A stretch of DNA of 64,000 bases from a virus (Duplodnaviria; Caudoviricetes). Where the stretch lies: positions 69,714 to 133,713 of IMG/VR virus record IMGVR_UViG_3300014204_000123; one strand, 5' to 3'. Under the pieces are notes generated by a model. That model did not search any database. It was not told the origin of the DNA and saw nothing but the letters and a program-made list of their open reading frames with translations. This document shows positions 27,317 to 37,600 of this stretch, one piece after another. Every line of letters starts with the position of its first letter. The first letter of the stretch is position 1. Position numbers and translations under genes: made by a program.

Positions 27317-30300
27317 ATGGTGCAGACATACCCCGGAGTTGCAATAGAAGAGCGGCCGAGTGGTAATGCCCCAGTAGAGGGTGTTGCGGCTTCGGCTATG
27401 GCGATATGCGGATACACCTACAAGGGGGAGGAGGACGTTTACACTCTGTCTACTTCTCCCGAGCAGTTCCTGGACCAACACGGCCCTGCTTTGGCGGGAT
27501 GGCTGGTTCCGACCACGGTGTCTGCGTTTTTCGGTAACGGCGGCAAGCGGGTGTATACTTGCCGAGTTGTGGCCTCCGATGCCGTTGCTGCCAACCTGGA
27601 CATCGACGAGCCGGTAGCGGCAGAAACACCTTTGTTTGCTCCCGCTCCTGACGGATGCGAGGGCAAGGTGGCTGTTGCCGACCACTCTGGTACTCCAGTG
27701 AGCCAGTTCACGCTTACGCTGGTTACGGCTCCGTTGGTGGACACGCTGGAAGTCAACTTCGACAGTGTCGCCACGGCCGCAACCGATTCTTCGGTTATGG
27801 CAGGCAACGGAGCTGAGCTGTCATTCGCATTGAAGCCCAATCTGGCGTCGTTTGCCGACAACGTTGCGGTCTACAATGCGTTCTGCGGTGGCGTGGCTGG
27901 CAAGTGGAATTTGCATCTTGCGAACACGGGTGGTTTGTACCACGGCATAGCAGATATCATCAATCCTGTGGCCGCTGGTTCTCCGACCGACCAAGCGAAC
28001 TTCATCGTCAAGGTGAATGCGCTTCGAGCCAAGATGCAGAACCACGGTGGCAACGTTGGTGCTGCGTTCCACTTGGGCGTTGACCCTGTGGCTCCTCCGG
28101 GTGCTGCCCCGGTCGCCACCTATGCCGGTGCGGTGATTCTCCTCCGGGATCTCATCGACTGGTACAACCTTCATATCGCCAAAAACGGCGCTGTGGTCCA
28201 TGCCGTGGCCGATGTCGCCAACGGAGCAGTGACCACGGGTATAACCTTCCCGTACAATTCCGGTACGGACTATCGGCTTGAGCCGGGTTCCGTGGAAATC
28301 GTCTGGGGAGCAAATACCATCTATGACAAGGGTGACGGCACGTTCATCGCAACTGCGTTCCTTGGGGCTGGTACGGTCAATTACACGACCGGGGCCATTT
28401 CCCTCACGGCGTTAGCGGCACCTCCTGCGCTTCCGGCAGTGGCGAACATCACCTATAATCTGGTTGCGTCGAGGACGACAAAGACGTTCTGGATCAACTC
28501 CAACGACGAGTTCGTTGATGCGGCACCTCCTGCTGTCGGGGCGTTCCCTGCAACGATATTGGATGTGGCCGGGACGAACCAGATTGACAGAACGGCGAAA
28601 ACGATTGAGTTCAAGACGAAGGTTTCGTCTGGCGTATTGGTGCCTGATAGCCATTTGCAGGCCAACTACGTGGACAATGTCACTACGGCCGAAGTGGACT
28701 ATACCAAGCTCTACTGGCGGTTGAAGTGCATTGGCAAGGGCTCTTATGGCAACGGCATCCAGTGTGCATTCGCTGGGGAGCCTGACTCGTTTGTGTCGGT
28801 GGTTTACGACCCGGTCCAAGACCGCTGGGAAGACACAACCGGAGACAACACGAACCCTGACCTTGGCAAATACCTGTCGTATTCGTTGGTGGTGAGAGAA
28901 GCCACTGAGATTGGCGGAACGACCTATGAGGACAAGGAAGAGTTCGGGGATTTGAACCTGAGCGATCCTGACCTTGCCAACTACCTGCCCGATGTTGTGA
29001 ACGATACTCTGTCCGGCTCGAAGCTGGTTGAGATTGACACACCTTACGGTACGGGTCTTCCGGCTGGCCTGGACGCAGTGAAGGTTACTGCCGAGTCATT
29101 GGTGCTCGCTGGTGGCGGCGCCCTGGTTGGCGACGGAGTGACCAGTGCCTACATCGGGGAGATTGTTTCCGCCCATGCCGGTAACGGCGTTGTTCCCCAG
29201 ACTCTGAAACTGTCTTATGTGGACGCCCTTGGTGCCACCAAGATCGTTTACGACGATGGTTACGGCAATTTGATCGGTTGGGTCAACGCCGGTGGAACGA
29301 ACGTGGTGGACTATGACCTTGGCACGTTCAACGTTATGCTTCGGACTCCTCTTCAGGGAGCGGCCTCGATCGCTGCGACCTACTACAAGGAGCCTGCGTC
29401 TACCGAACTGGCATACACTCTTATCAGTGGTAGCGACGGTGTGGCATTGATCGGCAGTGCCGAGACGGTCAGCTCTGCTCTTGACGCCACCAACCGTGGA
29501 ATCTATGCGTTCAAGACCATCGAAGAGCCGCTTATTGGCCCGGTGGTTCCTGACTTCGCTGGCAATGCCACGGTGGACAATTTGATTCTGGCGTTTGCCG
29601 AAGTTCGTAAGAACTTCTTTGCTCCGCTGGTTGTCCCGAGAGGCGTAACTGCTACGGGTGCGAAGCATTACCGCAAGGCAGTGCTTGGAGCCAATACCAG
29701 TTACGGTGCGCTCTATGCTCCGTGGGTCAAGATTCTGGACCCGGTTCTGGACACGTCCGTAACGTTCCCCCCGCTTGGGCATATCGCCGGTGCTTACGCC
29801 AGATGCGATATCGAGCGTAACGTAGGTGAGACCCCGGCAGGAACCGAGAAGGGCAAGCTGCTCCAGACCATTGGCCTGGAGACCTACTTCACGAAGGAAG
29901 AGGTTGGGGACCTGAACAGTTCTGGCGTCAACTGCATCGTCGACTGGCCGCAAACCGGGAGAGTTATCTGGGGAGGCCGTTCGCTGAGCTATACGCCGGA
30001 GTGGAGATACCTGAGTGCTCGCCGGTTGTTCGAGTACGTGGAAATGTCCCTGTACCTGTCGACGTGGTGGGCCTGCTTCGAGAACAACGGGTCCAACCTT
30101 AGACTGAGGCTGTACTCTCAGGTCTACAACTTCATGAAGAGGCTGTATTCCGAAGGGTACTTCAATGCCAATGCCAAGTCGGAGCGTGAGGCGTTCTACG
30201 TCGTGTGCAACGACTCCAACAATCCGACCAACGTGGTCAGTGCCGGTCAGGTGGTGGTTGATGTCTACATCGCCCCGTCCACCCCGGCAGAGTTCATCCG

Positions 30301-30340
30301 CCTGAGATTTACTCAGATCACTCAGGGGGCTTCGGCTTAG
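27317..30340 (+). CDS. contractile tail sheath protein (Afp/PVC-type) with large insertions
   Basis: YPGVAIEE.PSG..PVEGV, YGALYAPWVKI.DP, PPLGHIAGAYAR.D, GVNCI, WGGRSL, WRYLSARRL, PAEFIRLRFTQ. Confidence 0.95.
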   Translation: MVQTYPGVAIEERPSGNAPVEGVAASAMAICGYTYKGEEDVYTLSTSPEQFLDQHGPALAGWLVPTTVSAFFGNGGKRVYTCRVVASDAVAANLDIDEPVAAETPLFAPAPDGCEGKVAVADHSGTPVSQFTLTLVTAPLVDTLEVNFDSVATAATDSSVMAGNGAELSFALKPNLASFADNVAVYNAFCGGVAGKWNLHLANTGGLYHGIADIINPVAAGSPTDQANFIVKVNALRAKMQNHGGNVGAAFHLGVDPVAPPGAAPVATYAGAVILLRDLIDWYNLHIAKNGAVVHAVADVANGAVTTGITFPYNSGTDYRLEPGSVEIVWGANTIYDKGDGTFIATAFLGAGTVNYTTGAISLTALAAPPALPAVANITYNLVASRTTKTFWINSNDEFVDAAPPAVGAFPATILDVAGTNQIDRTAKTIEFKTKVSSGVLVPDSHLQANYVDNVTTAEVDYTKLYWRLKCIGKGSYGNGIQCAFAGEPDSFVSVVYDPVQDRWEDTTGDNTNPDLGKYLSYSLVVREATEIGGTTYEDKEEFGDLNLSDPDLANYLPDVVNDTLSGSKLVEIDTPYGTGLPAGLDAVKVTAESLVLAGGGALVGDGVTSAYIGEIVSAHAGNGVVPQTLKLSYVDALGATKIVYDDGYGNLIGWVNAGGTNVVDYDLGTFNVMLRTPLQGAASIAATYYKEPASTELAYTLISGSDGVALIGSAETVSSALDATNRGIYAFKTIEEPLIGPVVPDFAGNATVDNLILAFAEVRKNFFAPLVVPRGVTATGAKHYRKAVLGANTSYGALYAPWVKILDPVLDTSVTFPPLGHIAGAYARCDIERNVGETPAGTEKGKLLQTIGLETYFTKEEVGDLNSSGVNCIVDWPQTGRVIWGGRSLSYTPEWRYLSARRLFEYVEMSLYLSTWWACFENNGSNLRLRLYSQVYNFMKRLYSEGYFNANAKSEREAFYVVCNDSNNPTNVVSAGQVVVDVYIAPSTPAEFIRLRFTQITQGASA

Positions 30341-30341
30341 C

Positions 30342-30355
30342 GGCAATTGATTGCA
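30342..30355. promoter_or_regulatory. palindromic junction motif variant GGCAATTGATTGCA
   Basis: right after the sheath stop, before a GGGGG SD. Confidence 0.6.
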
Positions 30356-30369
30356 CGATGGGGGTCTAA

Positions 30370-30801
30370 GTGGGTTCACTAAACACACCGATGATTACTA
30401 GGCAGAGCACGGCGGCTGCGATTGATTTTGATGGAGTCGCCCCAACGGGGGTCTCGGTCATCACCAATCGCAGGGAGGAGTTCCCGATCGATGCGGTTCA
30501 TGGTGGGTTGTTTACGTTGAACCCGGATTATTCCCACGTCGTGTGGCAGATTCGCATTGAGGCCCCACAGGCCACTGGTTACTCGATAGCGGTGGTGAGT
30601 GCGAGCGGCGGCTCGTTCACTCTCGCTTCGGCTACTGGTTTGGCCTCTGGGGCCTCCGTGTGTCTTCCAAATCTGCGGCTTCACCTTTGCGGTGGGGACC
30701 AGTTGTCGGTAGTCACTACTGGCATTGGTCTGGGGGACCCTGACGGGGTTATCTGCGAGATTTTCCACGAAGTGCTAGGCAGCATGAGCAGTCCATACTA
30801 G
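30370..30801 (+). CDS. hypothetical beta-rich virion protein
   Basis: between sheath and tube; jelly-roll-like alternation pattern. Confidence 0.55.
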   Translation: MGSLNTPMITRQSTAAAIDFDGVAPTGVSVITNRREEFPIDAVHGGLFTLNPDYSHVVWQIRIEAPQATGYSIAVVSASGGSFTLASATGLASGASVCLPNLRLHLCGGDQLSVVTTGIGLGDPDGVICEIFHEVLGSMSSPY

Positions 30802-30813
30802 AGGAGGGGCACA

Positions 30814-31368
30814 ATGGCACCGAGAGCGCAAGGTTACGATTTTCTTCATGGGTTCAAATTCCGGGCCAAGGCTGAGCAGGTACAGGGGGTTAACCTATTG
30901 AAGCACTCCGTTAACGGAGATGCGGGATTCAACTCGATCACTACGCCTGAGACCACTGCGGAAATTTCCGAGTACCGAGAAGGGATGTACGCCTTCACAC
31001 GGAAAGAACCAGGGGTTCCGAGTCAGGGCGACGTTACGTTTTCCAGGGGAGTGGTCCTTTCTGACACCATGTTTTGGGATTGGCTCAAGAGGGTGTTGTT
31101 TGGTGGCTCTTACCGAGCAGAAGTGACCTATTACCACTACCACAGGACGGCCATGCCACATGCGGCTGGCGTGGCTCCTGATGTTCCCTCTGGCCAGTAT
31201 GCGTCCGATGCTTTGACCGCCAAAGACGCTTCCAACATATATGTTCTGTCCGAGGCTTTCCCGAGCCGTGTAAAGCCTGCCGGTGATCTTGACGCTACGG
31301 CGTCGGACATTTCGTTGCAGGAAATGGATATGTCATATGAGTGGTGGGACTACGGCACCTCCGTTTAA
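30814..31368 (+). CDS. tail tube protein (T4 gp19 / Afp1-type)
   Basis: AGFNSIT.PE...EYREG...KEPG....DVTFSRGV...FWDW, LDATASDISLQEM. Confidence 0.9.
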   Translation: MAPRAQGYDFLHGFKFRAKAEQVQGVNLLKHSVNGDAGFNSITTPETTAEISEYREGMYAFTRKEPGVPSQGDVTFSRGVVLSDTMFWDWLKRVLFGGSYRAEVTYYHYHRTAMPHAAGVAPDVPSGQYASDALTAKDASNIYVLSEAFPSRVKPAGDLDATASDISLQEMDMSYEWWDYGTSV

Positions 31369-31400
31369 TGGTGACAAGGGCTTGAAGAGGTTATTGACCT

Positions 31401-32072
31401 ATGTCTCTTCCCTTGGAATCATCTCGGTCCAGGATCTTCGACATCCTTCAGGACTATGCGTTCTGGCTTGTCGACGTATCCCCTAGCCTCGCTCCTCCGT
31501 ATTACTCGCTGCTTCCCGTCTACGGGTTTTCATCGATAACTGCTCCAGAAGTCACGCTGGCCATGAGGGAGATTGTCCAGGCGAATAGGATGCTCCCGGT
31601 CCAGGTGGTAGAAAGTGCATCGTTGGCGCCCATGACGTTGGTTCGTGGTGCGACCATTGCTGACGGGGATTTCTGGAAATGGATACGGCAGACGATCCAC
31701 GGTCACTCGAACACAGACAAGAGCTTTCTGTTGATTCAGTTCGTTGGTGGCGGGGTTGACGATGCAGCGAGCGCTGTCGCCGGGGCGGCGGCCCAGGCGA
31801 TGTTGGCAACGGCTTTGGGGCTGAGTGCTGGCTATGCTGCGGCGGGGACTCTTGCCGGGGCTTTCGGTGTGATGCAGGCAGCGTACCATAGGTCAGATTT
31901 GGGCGGTGGTGGGTCGTGGGTTCCGAGAATGCCTGCTAGGGCATGGATGTTGAGCAATTGCAAGGCTACCAGATACAAAGTCGCCACAGATTTTGATGCC
32001 ACGAGCAGTGGGGTGTCCTTGATGGAGCTCGATCTGGTTATGGAAGATTTTGAAGAGTTCTCTCTCGTGTAG
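31401..32072 (+). CDS. second tail tube paralogue (Afp5-like) with Ala/Gly insertion
   Basis: GFSSITAPE, TLVRGA...DFWKWI, AWML, DFDATSSGVSLMELDL. Confidence 0.8.
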   Translation: MSLPLESSRSRIFDILQDYAFWLVDVSPSLAPPYYSLLPVYGFSSITAPEVTLAMREIVQANRMLPVQVVESASLAPMTLVRGATIADGDFWKWIRQTIHGHSNTDKSFLLIQFVGGGVDDAASAVAGAAAQAMLATALGLSAGYAAAGTLAGAFGVMQAAYHRSDLGGGGSWVPRMPARAWMLSNCKATRYKVATDFDATSSGVSLMELDLVMEDFEEFSLV

Positions 32073-32086
32073 AGTGGAGGGTGGCC

Positions 32087-32194
32087 ATGGAGAAGCTGAA
32101 AGTTATCGGGTCAAAGGTCAAGAACAATCCCCAATTTGTAGGGTTGTTTATTGCGTGGATTATGGTGATACTAATGGCGCTCCGCTGTGTGTGA
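32087..32194 (+). CDS. 35-aa single-TM peptide
   Basis: GGAGGG SD; MEKLKVIGSKVKNNPQFVGLFIAWIMVILMALRCV. Confidence 0.5.
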   Translation: MEKLKVIGSKVKNNPQFVGLFIAWIMVILMALRCV

Positions 32195-32226
32195 TTTTCG
32201 GTTTGGGTGGTCAGGTGGAGGGCATT

Positions 32227-32733
32227 ATGAGATGGATGATTCTTCAGACTTCGGCCGCTCAGGATATGTATGCGGCCTCGCCATACGTCATGTGGGGCGT
32301 TGTGGCCACTTCTGTCGCTACCGTATTGGTGGCGTGGTTCAAGTTCCGGGCTCAAATGCGGGCCGATGCCGGTGATAGTCGTGAGAAGGCCGACAAGCTT
32401 ACTGAGGTTTTGAACGAGCTAAGGGCGCTTAAGACGGCCATGACAACCACCATTACGTGTGTGGCGGTTCCCGCCGATAAGCTGGATAGGCTGATGGTGT
32501 GTGCCGCTGATATTCAGCGCATGGCTGGGGACCACCTTGGCGAGTTGAAGGACGAGAACGATACGCTGGGGGAGGTGCTTCGGGAGCTGTCGGCGTTGTC
32601 TGGTTCGCTCGAAAACTGTCGGTCTTGCCAAGCGCTAAGGCCGGAGGAGCGAGCCAAGATAATCAAGAGCTTAGAGGCGATAGTCACTGAGGACAGGCTT
32701 AGGCTCATCCTCATAGAGAAGGGACGCAAGTAA
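32227..32733 (+). CDS. TM + coiled-coil protein (possible holin/spanin)
   Basis: GGAGGG SD before ATG 32227; N-terminal TM helix, then heptads. Confidence 0.5.
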   Translation: MRWMILQTSAAQDMYAASPYVMWGVVATSVATVLVAWFKFRAQMRADAGDSREKADKLTEVLNELRALKTAMTTTITCVAVPADKLDRLMVCAADIQRMAGDHLGELKDENDTLGEVLRELSALSGSLENCRSCQALRPEERAKIIKSLEAIVTEDRLRLILIEKGRK

Positions 32734-32873
32734 TGGCGGTTGCCGACATATCCGAGGTCATAGGTGTGATCGCCCCGGACGTTTCTGTCTTTGGCGAGGT
32801 TGCGTCTATTTCCGAGTTGACCGGGACCGTGGACCCTTCTACTACTCTGGTCGTGATAATGGAGGTCGGTTGA
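32733..32873 (+). CDS. 46-aa beta-rich peptide
   Basis: TAATG and TGATG coupling on both sides. Confidence 0.55.
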   Translation: MAVADISEVIGVIAPDVSVFGEVASISELTGTVDPSTTLVVIMEVG

Positions 32874-33226
32874 TGGAACAGACGATATGGTTGGTGCGCG
32901 GGACCGACAAGACGATCAAGGTGTATGTCCGTGACGTGAATGGAGCCCCTTACAATCTGACGGGATGCACGGGATATCTGACCGTGAAGCTCAGGAAAGA
33001 GGACACCACGGCGAAGGCAACCAAGAGCACGGCGACTACGGGGCAAGGGGCGATTGTCTCTGCGGAAGGCGGGAAGATGGAGTTCTACCTTTCGGCGTCT
33101 GATTCTGCTACATGGGTCCCTGACTCTTACGTATATGATATCCAGGTGGCTACGGCTTCCCCATCATCGAAGAGGTATTCGGTGGTTTCCATGAGCAGAC
33201 TAGAGGTCAGCTATGATATCGGGTAG
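32873..33226 (+). CDS. BppU N-terminal-like Ig-fold virion protein
   Basis: LVRGTD.TI.VYV.D..G.PYNLTG.T...TVK ... YVYDIQV. Confidence 0.6.
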   Translation: MEQTIWLVRGTDKTIKVYVRDVNGAPYNLTGCTGYLTVKLRKEDTTAKATKSTATTGQGAIVSAEGGKMEFYLSASDSATWVPDSYVYDIQVATASPSSKRYSVVSMSRLEVSYDIG

Positions 33227-33490
33227 GTGGCTTTCGGCATTGGAGGCTTTGGTCTCTGGGGATATTCCACAGGTTCCGGTTCCTCTTACTGGCAAGGTGA
33301 AGCGTTTCAGCGACGGGCACGGGGAGATCACCCCTACGTGCAAGAAGTCGAGGCGAGGCGTCCGGTGCGGGACCCCGTTACTCAAAAGCCAAGCTCAGAA
33401 CGGCATAAAACCGTTGCCTTACGAGCAGTTTTGAGTAACATGAGCCAAAGAGGGGTGACCTATGCGTTTGAATGTCGAGGTTCCGAGTGA
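33227..33490 (+). CDS. hypothetical protein (N-terminal FGxGxFG)
   Basis: fills the gap; N-terminus resembles that of 51756..53537. Confidence 0.45.
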   Translation: MAFGIGGFGLWGYSTGSGSSYWQGEAFQRRARGDHPYVQEVEARRPVRDPVTQKPSSERHKTVALRAVLSNMSQRGVTYAFECRGSE

Positions 33491-33656
33491 GGAATATGAG
33501 GCATTCAGGCGTCTGTGCCAGGAGAACGGTGTTTCGCTGAGTGACGCTGTTCGTCACCTCTTGATAGGTGAGTTGGGCCGGGAGTTCTTTCTGCGGCATG
33601 GTGTTGTAGGATGGAGTCCGGCCGAGAGCCAAGGGGGAACGGATGCACACCATTGA
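33462..33656 (+). CDS. ribbon-helix-helix (CopG-like) DNA-binding protein
   Basis: MRLNVEVPSEEYEAFRRLCQENGVSLSDAVRHLL. Confidence 0.7.
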   Translation: MRLNVEVPSEEYEAFRRLCQENGVSLSDAVRHLLIGELGREFFLRHGVVGWSPAESQGGTDAHH

Positions 33657-34485
33657 GCCAGTTTCAGCGTTGCAGTCGGTTATGTTGGGTTGGGGATTTG
33701 TCGGGTCCGATGGGGTTTTGCATCGAGACGCATTGTTCCGTGAGATGAGCGGTGACGAGGAAGACTTGCTGGCCGATCGTTCATCGTCCTTCGTGACCAG
33801 GACCAAGCATATCTTTTTCAATTGCCTCCAGCGTTTGGGCACCATTGAGGACCGCAAGGAGTTGCTTCGGGCGGTGGAGAAGCTGACCTCTTCTGACCGT
33901 ATGCAGGTGATGCTTCATCTTCGGCGGATTTCTCTTGGTGACCTCTACAAAATGACCGTGGAGTGCGAGCGGTGCCACCGGGAATCAACGAAGCACATCG
34001 ACCTATCGAAGGTCGATGTCAAGCATCCCGAGTTTCCCGAGAAGCGCATTTATGAGGACTCTTTGCCGTCCGGCGCTCTGGCTGAGTGGGAAGTAATGTG
34101 CGGGTCTCAGGAAGAGATCACGTCCAAGATTCGAGAATATGAAACATCTACCGATTCAAAGCACAAGCGCACGAACAAGGATCTGGAGCAGTCCCGAATT
34201 TCGTTTGCCATGTGGATGCGAATGATTTCCATTGATGGTCACAAGTTTTCCAGGTCATTCCCGACAGATGTAGACGGGGTTCCTGTTGTGAACATGGAAG
34301 AGATCGCCATGATCAAGCGGATGCCCACTCGCGATCGACTGTGGCTTCGCCAGCGCATTGAAGCGGTAGAGGCTGGCCCCGATTTGAAGTTCGAGTACAG
34401 GTGCGACAATCCAGACTGCAAGCGATTGCAGACGGCTACTCTGGACATTTCGCAGCCGGAGTTCTTTTTCCCTTCGGTGATCTGA
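33643..34485 (+). CDS. tail assembly chaperone (T4 gp26-like, two-domain, Zn ribbons)
   Basis: REMSGDEED.L, DR...LRRISLG, CERC, RDR.WLR, C..PDC, EFFFP; upstream of the tape measure. Confidence 0.75.
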   Translation: MHTIEPVSALQSVMLGWGFVGSDGVLHRDALFREMSGDEEDLLADRSSSFVTRTKHIFFNCLQRLGTIEDRKELLRAVEKLTSSDRMQVMLHLRRISLGDLYKMTVECERCHRESTKHIDLSKVDVKHPEFPEKRIYEDSLPSGALAEWEVMCGSQEEITSKIREYETSTDSKHKRTNKDLEQSRISFAMWMRMISIDGHKFSRSFPTDVDGVPVVNMEEIAMIKRMPTRDRLWLRQRIEAVEAGPDLKFEYRCDNPDCKRLQTATLDISQPEFFFPSVI

Positions 34486-34676
34486 CAGGCTTAGAAAAGG
34501 AGTTTGTATATTGGAAGGAAATGTGGGGCGGCGATTACAGGGAGTACATGGGCATACCGTACTCCAGGCGGAAGCGGTTGTTGGACGAGAAAGACGCATT
34601 AGAGCAACAGAGGGCTCAGAACAAGAAGCAGCAGGAAGCCTCTCGCCCAAAGAGCAGAATGAGAGGTAGACGATAG
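34467..34676 (+). CDS. -1 frameshift extension of the tail assembly chaperone (gpGT-like)
   Basis: in-frame slippery heptamer T TTC CCT at 34467-34473; the -1 frame is open to 34676 (EFVYWKEMWGG.Y.EYM.IP.SRRK.L). Confidence 0.7.
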   Translation, partial: FPFGDLTGLEKEFVYWKEMWGGDYREYMGIPYSRRKRLLDEKDALEQQRAQNKKQQEASRPKSRMRGRR

Positions 34677-34692
34677 GTAAGGGGGTGCGGAA

Positions 34693-37600
34693 TTGAAACT
34701 ACTCGGTCTTGGGTTCATGATGGGAGCGAAGGACCGGGGGTTAGGGCGCGGGCTGAAGGATGTTAGCTCCGGCCTATCTAGGATTGATTCCGCATCTTCC
34801 AAGCTCGACAAGACGCTAGGCTCCTCATTCCTTCCTAAGTTTCTCCAGAGTTTGCCGGTGTACCAATTGGATGCACTGGGGCGATCGGTGGACTCTCTGT
34901 CAGATAAGTTTTCGCCTCGCGGGGGACTGACCACAAGCATAGAGCAGTTTGGGATTTCTGCGGCGAAGAGCGGGCGGCAAGCGGCGTTCCGCATGGGCGG
35001 GAACTTGGACGCCATAGCGGGCAAGATGCAAAAGGTGAGTTCGGCGGCATACGGGTTGAATGCCAGTGCGGAGAGTGCCCAGGCGGCGTATGGTGCGTTG
35101 GCTGAGAAGTTTACCGAAGCAGAGATTGCCGCGTTAGGATTTGCGAACGCCCAGGATATGATCCGAATGTCCGAAATGATCGGGGACTTCAAGGGCTACG
35201 TTGGTGTCTTAGATGAGCTTGCAGATTCGTGGGGTTTTGGAGCCAAGGGCGCCAAGGAACTCATGGACGACATCTACCGAATAGGTGGGGCTTTCGGCCA
35301 AGGTGAGGCGTCTGTGAGCCAAATGGGCCAGACCTTGGATATGCTAGGCGAGCAATTTGCATCATTCCCTGACAAGGTGCGTCCCGAGATGATTAGGGCG
35401 GCGGCCGAGAATATCACGGCGTTGGCGGGGGCTTTGTCTCGGTCTGGGTTTTCTGCCGATGAAGCGTTTGATAAGTCACGAGAATTGTTCAAGTTTTTGA
35501 GCGGGCCGAAAGTCAATCTTGGGAAAATCCTTCAGGGCCGTGACCCAGGAGGGGACATATTCGATTCATTGGTGAAGCTTGCGCCTGCTCTGGGCAGTGT
35601 TGCCGATGCCCAAGCCATGTTGGAGAAGTCACCAATACAGTTCATGCAAACTATGGCAAAGACCTACAAAGGTATGGACAAGAACTCCACTGAGGCCAGA
35701 TATTTGCAGGGTGTTATGTCCGATCTTGGCCTGACTTGGGCTCTTGATAATGACAGCCTTGATGCTTACTTGAAAACCATAGTAAATGCGGATGGAACAC
35801 TAAACAAGACAGGGAAGAGTTTGCAACAGGCTGCGAATGCGGCGTATCAGACCGGCCTGACCATGGACGAGCAGATGGAGCGGGTCAAGGATATGTTCGA
35901 GACCCGAATGAACAAGGTGGCGTCCAAGGAGCTTGGGTCATTGGTGGGCCGGACGAGGCGGGCGTATGGGGCGTTGGGGGACATTATCACTGACCTTGCG
36001 TCCGACCGTGGACCGCTGGGATTGCTGGTTACGAAGATGGTTGCCGTTCGGAGAATAGGTCTATCTGCGCTGTTCCCTACGTTCGGAGCGCTTGGGGATA
36101 TGGCGTTGCAGGCAGTTGTTGATATGGCGCCTATGCTAGCGGCTCTTGGGTCGATGGGGTTCCGATTCGAGCATCTTGTGGCCCCGTTGGGGTGGTTCAA
36201 TAAGATGATGTTGGGGATTCCAGGAACGCTTATGGGCGTTCTTGGGCCTGTGGCTCTTGTCGCCGGGGGCGTTGCTCTTTTGGGCAATGCGTTTGGGGAA
36301 GGGAGCGTCCTGAGTGAGTCGTTTCAGAAGCGGATAGACGCCCTGCCTGAGAGTTTCATGAGGGTGATATCGTGGCTTAGCGGGGACAAGCTTTCCAAGA
36401 GTATGCTTGAGGGATTCAGGGGGATGACCAAGGGCGAGCAGTGGGACACTGTTCTGTCTGCCGGGAAGGCCCTTGCGTTGCGATTCTGGGATGGATTCAG
36501 GACCAGTTTCCTGGCTGGCGTCAACCTGCTGTCCGGGTGGCTGTCAAGTGCAGGGTCGTTCCTGTGGGAGAAAAAGGGAGTTGTGGTAGAGTGGCTGAAA
36601 GCAGGGTGGACCTATGCTTCCCAGACGGCATGGCCGTGGATTGAAGAGCAGATGTCGAACCTGTGGACTGGCGTGGTGGGGGTTATATCGTCAATTGACT
36701 GGAAGGGTATTGGGTCTGCTACTTGGGCATGGTTGACCAGCGGGTGGGAGTGGGCTGTTGATTCCGCATGGCCTGCAATCAGGAAGGCCGTGACGACGTT
36801 GTACTATCGTGTCGCTCATTTTGCGGGGACAGTGGACTGGAAAGAGCTTGGGATGTCCGTGTGGGGATGGTTCGAGAAGGGTGCCGACTGGCTCTTGACC
36901 AATGGCAGGAAGTACGGCGAGAAGCTGCTCGACTTCATGGAGAGTGGAGCGGTCTGGGCATTTGAGAATTTCGGGAAGATCTGGAGTGCCGTAGAACCGT
37001 GGATCAAGGTTGCGGGGACGACAATTTGGGGATGGATAGGCCAGGGGTTGTCTGCTGCCGGTAATGCTGCCGAATTGATATCTACCCTTGCGGTAAAGGG
37101 AGCGGACTACATAGGTCAGGGCCTTGCCGGGATCGCTGTTTTCCTGGAAAAGATGGACGCTGCCGGGGTCGTTGCTGACCTCATTTCTGGGGTGGGCCGA
37201 ATTCTTGGGGCGGTGTTTGATGCGGCGTTCTCTGCGTTTACCGGATATGAGGTAGAACCTACGGTTGTCACTACGCCACTTGAGCGAGCGTTCCAAAATA
37301 TGGGCTTGGCCATTGGTAAGATCGCCAACTTCCTGACCGGGTTTATGCGGGAAATTTTTGACCAGATGTGGACGAAGGTTACTGCTCGGGTTTCGGAGTG
37401 GTGGTCCGACCCGTCGCGAACCTTGTGGGAGAAAATCAGCGAGGTTTTGTCCAATGCTGGCAAGGGGATTCTCATTGGTGCCATATTCTCCGAGTCTATC
37501 CGAAGCGCTATCTTTTCTGGCATCAGTGCAGTTGGGAGTTGGATTCAGTCGAGCAGGATCGTTAGCAAGTTAGGGAAGATCCAGGAAGCGCTATGCCAGA

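Noticed and set aside
20128-30388. Long minus-strand ORFs (20128..21435, 23674..24651, 29096..30388) and similar ones elsewhere
   Set aside because: Antisense shadows of codon-biased structural genes; no SD or recognisable motifs
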